Source: a virus | Taxonomy: Duplodnaviria > Caudoviricetes | IMG/VR virus record: IMGVR_UViG_3300027816_000103 | Span: 1,676 to 65,675 of that record | Reading direction: 5' to 3' (one strand) | Length of the DNA: 64,000 bases | Shown: positions 57,471-64,000 of the stretch, one piece after another | How the letters are laid out: the number at the start of each line of letters is the position of its first letter | How positions within the stretch are numbered: position 1 is the first letter of the stretch | Translations under genes and position numbers: made by a program | Notes under the pieces: model-generated | What the model saw: only the letters and a program-made list of their open reading frames with translations | Database searches by the model: none | What the model was told of the DNA's origin: nothing

Positions 57471-58446
57471 TTAAATAATTTCTTACTTTAAAATTATCTC
57501 CACTCATTTCAACTATTGCAAAGCCATGTGCGTGGTTATTCACTTCAAAAAATTCTGGCTCTAGTTCGCACAAACAAGCAACCGAAAATGTAGTTACAAG
57601 ACTGCCATCATAAATTTTTTCAACATGTTCAGATTTTCTATGGAAATGTCCTGTTAATATATGTCTTTTGTATCTCATGTAAAGTGAACGAGCAGGATTG
57701 ACTCCCCCATTGCCCTTCATGCGGTCTCCATGCTCTATTAAGAGATCTCCGAAATAAGTTTTAGTACGTTTTTCAATAAATATAATCTTGTGTTTGGCAA
57801 GTTCCAATAACACTTTAAGTTGAAATTCCTCGCAGTCTAACAACTCAGGTGCTTTCAAATAAAGGTATCTTTCAAGCCTATATTCATGATTACCAGGTTT
57901 AAAGTATATTGTTACGTTTGGAAATTCTTGTCTTAGATAAGCAAAAAACTCCCGAGCCATGTCAAGTTCATTTTTTAAACTTGGTCTGTTCTTTGGATTT
58001 TTCTCATGAAACGATAGCATAAAGAAATCCATTATGTCACCGTTCAAATATATAGTATCAATACCTTGTTGTTTTCCCTCGTTTAAAGCTGTTTTAATCG
58101 CTTCAACATCATGGTATGGTATATGAATGTCAGATAAAATTAAAATTTTTTTATTGGTCTTTGGTAGCTTCCAAACCTCAACGTGCTTGGTATGGCTTTC
58201 TGGAATTAAATGTGGTTTGTTTTTAATATTTACAAAGGTTTTGTTTGCTAATTTATTCTTTTGAGAAGCGCCTTGTTTGCCCTTATAATATCTAATATGA
58301 GTGCGCACATAATCAACTGAACTAAATAATTCTTTATTTTCTAAATATATTTTTTTTGATAAAGTAAGATTAGGTAAATTAGGAAATCTTTTAAGATATT
58401 CTAAAACTATTTCACCATTCGTGCTTAAAGGTCTTCCTCTTTTCAT
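57448..58446 (-). CDS. Calcineurin-like metallophosphoesterase
   Basis: LSDIHIP, LNGD, PGNHE, EHGD, GHFH. Confidence 0.9.
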   Translation of the reverse strand: MKRGRPLSTNGEIVLEYLKRFPNLPNLTLSKKIYLENKELFSSVDYVRTHIRYYKGKQGASQKNKLANKTFVNIKNKPHLIPESHTKHVEVWKLPKTNKKILILSDIHIPYHDVEAIKTALNEGKQQGIDTIYLNGDIMDFFMLSFHEKNPKNRPSLKNELDMAREFFAYLRQEFPNVTIYFKPGNHEYRLERYLYLKAPELLDCEEFQLKVLLELAKHKIIFIEKRTKTYFGDLLIEHGDRMKGNGGVNPARSLYMRYKRHILTGHFHRKSEHVEKIYDGSLVTTFSVACLCELEPEFFEVNNHAHGFAIVEMSGDNFKVRNYLIEDGKLY

Positions 58447-58674
58447 TTATATTATTGAATAATTTATTAATTCGTTGTACTTAGCGGAAACAATGTCTCC
58501 GTTTTTTAAATCTAATTCAAGCACCCGAAGATTTGGTGCACCAAAACAACTTTCTGATAACCAAACATCATCAAATATTATGTCATTAATATAAACAATA
58601 CTTTGAGTAGCTATCATATTTGTAATATCTAATTCTTTTTTTTCGTCTTTATTTGCAATATATATTAATGTCAT
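58447..58674 (-). CDS. Hypothetical protein
   Basis: 75 aa. Confidence 0.5.
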   Translation of the reverse strand: MTLIYIANKDEKKELDITNMIATQSIVYINDIIFDDVWLSESCFGAPNLRVLELDLKNGDIVSAKYNELINYSII

Positions 58675-59234
58675 ATTTCAAAACATATTTGTCCACTTAC
58701 AACTTTTGATCCCGATGCAGTCCAAGTTGGAGTATAACTTGTAACTAATTGCCAATAATTAAATGTTACTAGATTTGATGCTGGCAATATAATTCCAAAT
58801 CCATGATACCAAACTCCATTGTTTTGACTCCTGTTTGGATTTTCAGTTTGTACAATTGCATTATTTGGTAATGTAAATGATGTTGTATTTGCATTAGATA
58901 TACCATATAAAGCATAATTTACAAACATCATATTACCAACAATTTTATATTTTAATTGTTTTAATGTAAATGACGCCCAACCTGTAATAGTAGATGTTGC
59001 TGAATAATCAATCCATACGGTATTGTCTAATTTACCATTAAATGTACTCCAATCAGTTGATGATAAATAACCGCTTGTTGATGCTGTTGCTTGACTTAAA
59101 ATATTTTGCTTATTTAATAATCCATTATCTACATAAGTTTTTGTAGCTTTTTGGGAAGCAACAAGTAAATCACTATTATTAGATAGTGTAGGATCTATAT
59201 CAATGGGTACACCCCTAGTTGTTCCTTGTGCCAT
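58671..59234 (-). CDS. Short tail fibre/spike component
   Basis: ASQKATKTYVD and SGYLSSTDWSTFNGK fibre-shaft motifs. Confidence 0.65.
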   Translation of the reverse strand: MAQGTTRGVPIDIDPTLSNNSDLLVASQKATKTYVDNGLLNKQNILSQATASTSGYLSSTDWSTFNGKLDNTVWIDYSATSTITGWASFTLKQLKYKIVGNMMFVNYALYGISNANTTSFTLPNNAIVQTENPNRSQNNGVWYHGFGIILPASNLVTFNYWQLVTSYTPTWTASGSKVVSGQICFEI

Positions 59235-60484
59235 TATCTTATTTCTCTAAATTTAATTGATGAATAAATTGTTTGAGTACCACTTAATGATGTAGCTTTT
59301 AAAGTTAGTGTGCCTAATGACCTATGTAATCCTGCTGCATCTAAAGTAATAGGGTATCTTGATATAATAGCTGTATTAGTAACACCTTTAGCTCCACCAG
59401 ATGATGAAACAAAACCACCATCTATAACTACAGAAGGACTACCACTAAGCGTGCCTAAAACATTATATTCAGAACTACTATAAGTAGTATTAACATTATT
59501 AAATGTAGTGGTACCTGATATAGCCTGGCCGATGCATAATTGCCATTGAATAGGCTGAGTACCTCCGTTATATATTTCAACATCTATATAAGCTACTCTT
59601 GTTCTATTGGTTAAACCATTAAATGTGGTTCTTGGTCTAAGGCTCAACATGTGTGTGCCACCTGTAGTTACACTTACAGGACCACTATCTTGCTGAAAAG
59701 TATAACCATACACGTTTATATCTTCACTACCTCCTTCAGATATTACAGCAGCACAAATAAAGTTCATTGTTGTACTAACGGTTCCTGTACAAGTCATACC
59801 ACATCTAACAGGTAAATTAGCTGTTTGTATGTATGGATTTGATATTAAGTTAGCGTGTAAAAATTCATGAGCATATATTATTGAACCACCCATATCAAAA
59901 CCAATTCTTACCCTGCCAACGTATAATGCTTGTATATCAATAATTAATATTTGTGTTTTAGTAATATCAAGAGTAATACCACTAGGACCTGTACCATCTA
60001 ATTTATCTAAGTTCCAATTAGTTTGAGCAACTGTTTCATTGCCGGCGGAACTAGCTGAATAAACAACAAATTGATTAACAGTACCATTGTTTTGAAATTC
60101 TATACCATTAATACCATCAGAATATCCTGCAAACTTTAATGTATTAGCTACAGAGGATACCATATTAAAAGTGACAAATATAAGTTGTGACCTACCTGGT
60201 TGGTATGGTAAATACTCATAACTCTGCATATATGCTTTACCTCCTGTAGGAGTAGAGCTAAATGTCATTAACGCTTGTCTGTTAGTAACATCATGAGTTA
60301 TTGTAGCACCAGTACCATTAGTAACTTGCTCATTAATAACAGGAGCTAAATCATAAGTAAATTGAGAATTATATAATATAAGAGGATTTGATACACGTAG
60401 CCTACTAAATGCATCCAAATTAGCTGAATCCCTAATAGCAAAATCATTGTCTATTATACTATATCCTGAATATCCTTGTGCCAT
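59234..60484 (-). CDS. Virion structural protein (DAFxRLRVS-type)
   Basis: DAFSRLRVSNP, YQPGRS, WNLDKLDGTG, GRVRIGF. Confidence 0.65.
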   Translation of the reverse strand: MAQGYSGYSIIDNDFAIRDSANLDAFSRLRVSNPLILYNSQFTYDLAPVINEQVTNGTGATITHDVTNRQALMTFSSTPTGGKAYMQSYEYLPYQPGRSQLIFVTFNMVSSVANTLKFAGYSDGINGIEFQNNGTVNQFVVYSASSAGNETVAQTNWNLDKLDGTGPSGITLDITKTQILIIDIQALYVGRVRIGFDMGGSIIYAHEFLHANLISNPYIQTANLPVRCGMTCTGTVSTTMNFICAAVISEGGSEDINVYGYTFQQDSGPVSVTTGGTHMLSLRPRTTFNGLTNRTRVAYIDVEIYNGGTQPIQWQLCIGQAISGTTTFNNVNTTYSSSEYNVLGTLSGSPSVVIDGGFVSSSGGAKGVTNTAIISRYPITLDAAGLHRSLGTLTLKATSLSGTQTIYSSIKFREIR

Positions 60485-60485
60485 A

Positions 60486-60812
60486 TTAACTTATTTCTGT
60501 GCCAAACAATTGAAAACTTAAATTATTATTACCAGAATACACTTTAATAACATCAGTACTTGTTAAGGTAATACCTATAGTAGCTATAAATGTATCATTA
60601 CCCGCCAAAGTAACATCATAGTACAAATAATCCTTAATAGTTGTACTTGAACCTGATTCACTTATAGCTACTCTAAATGTAGTTTTAGCTACATCTGTAT
60701 TACAGATAGATATAGAACTACATACAGTAGATATTAAAGCAGGTACTGTATATAATACAGTTTCTGTAGTAGTGGCAGGATTAACCTGGCCTAATATTTT
60801 ATATACGTTCAT
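60486..60812 (-). CDS. Small beta-sandwich tail-associated protein
   Basis: YKILGQVNP...LYTVP...SFQLFGTEIS. Confidence 0.65.
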   Translation of the reverse strand: MNVYKILGQVNPATTTETVLYTVPALISTVCSSISICNTDVAKTTFRVAISESGSSTTIKDYLYYDVTLAGNDTFIATIGITLTSTDVIKVYSGNNNLSFQLFGTEIS

Positions 60813-61371
60813 TTTTTTCTAACTTTTTACTTAAGTTATGTCCCCAATTTTTTATATGACTTGGTTTTTCTTTATTAAATGTATGTTTATAGTGACAGTC
60901 CATACAAAGAGTTTCACAATTATTAATGTCAAACCTTAACTCTGGAAACTTTGACCATTCTTTTATATGGTTTACTTGTAAATATCCTCCTTTTTTATAA
61001 CAATGTTTACAAGAATAATTATCTCTTTCAAATATCAATTTTTGTAAAGTTGCTCTAAATCTTTGTCTGTCTCTATAATTTTCTGAATATTTTGAATTTT
61101 CTTTTCTTTTACCCAAACTATACTTGTTTCCAGTATGAGCTTTTATTAATCCTTGTTTTCTTTTTTCTTTTTCTTCTTCAGTCCATACTCTTTTTTTAGC
61201 TCCTTCTGACATTTTTTGTTTAGTTTCTTCAGAAGGTATCCATCCTTTACGAGATTCAGATATTTTTTTATAGGAACATTTTCTACAAACTCTATTGCTT
61301 CTATCTCCTCTTACGAACCTTCCAATTCCACAACTTGGACAATTACATTTTATTTTTGTAGTTTTTGCCAT
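60799..61371 (-). CDS. HNH homing endonuclease with NUMOD3-like motif
   Basis: SEETKQKMS, ERDNYSCKHC, LQVNHIKEWSKFPELRFDINNCETLCMDCH. Confidence 0.85.
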   Translation of the reverse strand: MAKTTKIKCNCPSCGIGRFVRGDRSNRVCRKCSYKKISESRKGWIPSEETKQKMSEGAKKRVWTEEEKEKRKQGLIKAHTGNKYSLGKRKENSKYSENYRDRQRFRATLQKLIFERDNYSCKHCYKKGGYLQVNHIKEWSKFPELRFDINNCETLCMDCHYKHTFNKEKPSHIKNWGHNLSKKLEKNERI

Positions 61372-61372
61372 A

Positions 61373-62233
61373 CTATGCCCCCATTAATAAAAAGTTTTTA
61401 TTAAATCCCAAATCGTTTAAATCAACGTACAAATTAACCCAACCTGTGTTTGTGGCTGTACCTGTTTTTTTTATAAATAACTCTCCGTTAGTTCCATCAT
61501 CAACAATACATATATCACCTTTATTTGCAGAAATTATAGTCTCAGGACTAGAGTCACTTGTAAATATTCTAAATTCATTATCTATATTTCCAAATCTTGC
61601 TATGGCATTCAGCAATGACTGAGAAGTATTTACATCAAACTTGTAAGATGGATTTAATCCAACACCAAAATTACCAGAACTCGTAAACCTTCCAACTTCT
61701 GAATTATTTGTTATTACAGGTAAATCATAATTGTCTTTTGTTCCTATTGTTTTTATTCCCCCAACAGTATTTCCGTTTAAGGCCCAAAACACACTTGATG
61801 GAGATACTTGGTTTATTATCTGTATTATAGATTGAGAAACCTCATAAAAAATAGGTAATAAATTTTCATTCTCATAAAAATTAAATTGAGTAGATGTAAC
61901 ATTTGGATTAAATATTGTCCTTATTTTTTCTAAAGGAAATACTCTTTGATAACTTACAGCGTATTGAGCTGTCCTGCCTCTAAAATAAGTTACATCTCCA
62001 AGAAATAACTCAGTAGACAAAGAAACAATAGTTGCAAGACTTTCCTGCACCTCATACCTTGCTTCTATTAAAGAAGATTTATCGTTTAATCTGCCATAAG
62101 TTCTAATAATAACTAAAGAATAAGTACCATCGTTACTTATAGGCTCTGCTATTTCATCAATATCAAATCCATATAGTGTTGGAGCTACAGGATTATTATT
62201 TATTGAAACTACTGTTAGAGCTATTGCGCCCAT
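61373..62233 (-). CDS. Tail fibre protein, paralog A
   Basis: MGAIALTVVSIN... parallels MSAISLTVVSIN... of 55903..57096. Confidence 0.7.
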   Translation of the reverse strand: MGAIALTVVSINNNPVAPTLYGFDIDEIAEPISNDGTYSLVIIRTYGRLNDKSSLIEARYEVQESLATIVSLSTELFLGDVTYFRGRTAQYAVSYQRVFPLEKIRTIFNPNVTSTQFNFYENENLLPIFYEVSQSIIQIINQVSPSSVFWALNGNTVGGIKTIGTKDNYDLPVITNNSEVGRFTSSGNFGVGLNPSYKFDVNTSQSLLNAIARFGNIDNEFRIFTSDSSPETIISANKGDICIVDDGTNGELFIKKTGTATNTGWVNLYVDLNDLGFNKNFLLMGA

Positions 62234-62693
62234 TATAAAAGAATTTTATATAAATAAAAAACAAAAATACAATAAGTAATGGAAGCCACCAATAAATCCT
62301 AAGATAGGTCCAAACATTGTCTTGATAAATTATTTTTTCGTATGGTACTTTTACCTCTCTTATTATTCTTATTGTGTCGCACTTTCCACTAATGTAAACC
62401 AAGCTATCTTTAGTGTTATAAAAATACTTTAAAGTTAGTTTCCCTTCTTTTATAACAACAGTATCTTTTGTGTTATAATAGAAAATGGTATCTTTTTCTG
62501 ATACCATTGTATATATAGTGTCTCTTATTTTTAATGTGTCTTTTTTAACTAACTCTGGACAGTTTTTTTTAATCCTTGCAAGTTTTTTTTCACAAGTGCA
62601 ACTGCTTAATAAAGAAAATAAAAGTATTAAAATCCAAAAACTAATTAGTATTAAGACTATCGTCTTTAATGGATTTTTCTTTCTTATTGTCAT
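62196..62693 (-). CDS. Putative unimolecular spanin-like lipoprotein
   Basis: N-terminal lipobox LLSS-C, beta-rich DT repeats and a C-terminal TM helix. Confidence 0.55.
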   Translation of the reverse strand: MTIRKKNPLKTIVLILISFWILILLFSLLSSCTCEKKLARIKKNCPELVKKDTLKIRDTIYTMVSEKDTIFYYNTKDTVVIKEGKLTLKYFYNTKDSLVYISGKCDTIRIIREVKVPYEKIIYQDNVWTYLRIYWWLPLLIVFLFFIYIKFFYNGRNSSNSSFNK

Positions 62694-62946
62694 TAGTAGA
62701 GTTTTTTATTTTCTCATAAGTAGTCATCCCTAAACATATACATATAATTCCATAATCAATAACTAATATTTCCGGCAATAAAGAATAATCCGCTTTATAG
62801 TAAGAGTGTTTCAACCAACAAGCATGAGAAATAACAACAAGCAACATTATAACAAAGGCTGTTAATTTTTTTGAAGACCATATACTATCTTTTATAGTAA
62901 ATGTAGCCTCAAACTTATTAAATATTCCCTTTATAAAAAGTATCAT
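62641..62946 (-). CDS. Putative holin (2 TM)
   Basis: WSSKKLTAF, two TM helices, GMTTYEK. Confidence 0.55.
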   Translation of the reverse strand: MILFIKGIFNKFEATFTIKDSIWSSKKLTAFVIMLLVVISHACWLKHSYYKADYSLLPEILVIDYGIICICLGMTTYEKIKNSTNDNKKEKSIKDDSLNTN

Positions 62947-63161
62947 TTTTTTCCTTTAAAGTGTTTATATATTGTTATAAGGCCTGTTATTATTGCCACT
63001 ATCCAAGCAAATATCTGAAGCGAATGCAATACAACAGGAGGAAAATCCCAATGTAATAATATTGATTCATTTAATTGAAGCAATATTCCGCTTATAAAAC
63101 TAATAACCATAGTTGATAGGCTATTGTCACTATTAAAGTCTATGTTTGGAGAGTTTGCCAT
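62943..63161 (-). CDS. Putative holin/antiholin (2 TM)
   Basis: 72 aa, two hydrophobic segments, basic C-terminus. Confidence 0.5.
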   Translation of the reverse strand: MANSPNIDFNSDNSLSTMVISFISGILLQLNESILLHWDFPPVVLHSLQIFAWIVAIITGLITIYKHFKGKK

Positions 63162-63162
63162 T

Positions 63163-63504
63163 TTATGCTTTTGCTACTAATGGAAGACCATCAATTGTAA
63201 CAGTAGTTGTATTCCCGCCACTTGTACTTGTAATAGTCCAACCACTCTCTTTTATGGTCAAGAACTCATCAGCAGTTATAATACCTTTTCTCAAAGCACA
63301 AGTCAAATCAGAAATATATTTTCCTGTTATTTCAATCAAGGCACTTTCGGCAGTTGTATTTCCTGTTGGAGAAACATATACATATACATTTCCCAAATCA
63401 TCTTTGTAAGATAACTTGTTCTCATTGGTTGTATCAAAGAAATAAGTTACTTCTCCTGTTCCCGGAGTGGGAACTTCAGAGGGAGCTAAATATTGTACGT
63501 TCAT
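63163..63504 (-). CDS. Hypothetical virion-associated protein
   Basis: 113 aa in the late arm. Confidence 0.6.
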   Translation of the reverse strand: MNVQYLAPSEVPTPGTGEVTYFFDTTNENKLSYKDDLGNVYVYVSPTGNTTAESALIEITGKYISDLTCALRKGIITADEFLTIKESGWTITSTSGGNTTTVTIDGLPLVAKA

Positions 63505-63509
63505 TTTAT

Positions 63510-63842
63510 TTAAGGATTAAGAGTTGTATAAATAGTTACAAATACATCTTGGGTAACACAACCAAGAAATTGACCTGTTGAGTCATAAATCTTTACATAT
63601 CCATCTTGACAAACATAAGATGATTTTGTAAATAATTCAGCATCATTAGGAGTTAAACAACCTGAGTGTTCTCCTTTGTCATTGTATATTGCAACAAGAC
63701 CTGGAGGGCAGCAAGAACATTTATCCTCGCAACCGCAATCATTACAACCGCAATCAGATTTATCGCAACCGCAATCATCTTCGCAGCATCCATTACCTTC
63801 TAAAAGGTATTTGGCATAAATTTGTGAATTATCGTATGGCAT
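63510..63842 (-). CDS. Metallothionein-like Cys-rich protein
   Basis: GCCEDDCGCDKSDCGCNDCGCEDKCSCCPPG. Confidence 0.65.
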   Translation of the reverse strand: MPYDNSQIYAKYLLEGNGCCEDDCGCDKSDCGCNDCGCEDKCSCCPPGLVAIYNDKGEHSGCLTPNDAELFTKSSYVCQDGYVKIYDSTGQFLGCVTQDVFVTIYTTLNP

Positions 63843-63855
63843 TTTTTATAGTTTA

Positions 63856-64000
63856 TTAATTACATTTACAATTACAACTTGAGCAAAAAAAGTTTATTTT
63901 TTCAATTATATAACAAATTTCATCATCAGTCAAACAAGTATCACTACACTTGTATCTTTCAAGAATATCAACGTAGGCATTTAGCATAACCATAAAAAAT
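63856..64000 (-). CDS. Cys-rich protein, 3' part only
   Basis: Hand translation ...AYVDILERYKCSDTCLTDDEICYIIEKINFFCSSCNCKCN*. Confidence 0.6.
   Translation of the reverse strand, partial: FFMVMLNAYVDILERYKCSDTCLTDDEICYIIEKINFFCSSCNCKCN

Noticed and set aside
1-64000. Stop-codon reassignment as in some crAss-like phages
   Set aside because: Long ORFs are intact and densely tiled under code 11, and no suppressor tRNA was seen.

Overview
This AT-rich window (roughly 30% GC by eye) is almost a whole genome of a podovirus-like dsDNA phage with crAss-like structural gene order. The host is most likely Bacteroidota, judging from TAnnTTTG promoters and A-rich leaders without Shine-Dalgarno sites. 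A leftward late arm (29 kb to 1, apparently continuing from 64 kb to 53.4 kb) encodes terminase, portal, scaffold, capsid, tail rings and nozzle, large ejection proteins, Cys-rich proteins, two paralogous tail-fibre modules and lysis genes. A rightward arm (29.7-53.3 kb) encodes endolysin, a C5 methyltransferase, an early amidoligase/glutamine amidotransferase/JAB cluster, Lys-rich microproteins, and recombination and replication genes. No integrase, DNA polymerase, RNA polymerase, tRNA or CRISPR array was seen. Four non-coding signals stand out. (1) A XerCD dif-like site lies at 35949-35976, with a second copy at 36065-36092. (2) The pentamer GCGGG is over-represented, converges on that site and diverges from an origin-like region near 29 kb, as Chi or KOPS motifs do. 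(3) The methyltransferase sits in an integron-cassette-like unit with attC-like ends. (4) A candidate sRNA has a loop antisense to the leaders of the first early genes. All calls rest on motifs and hand counts; no searches were run.
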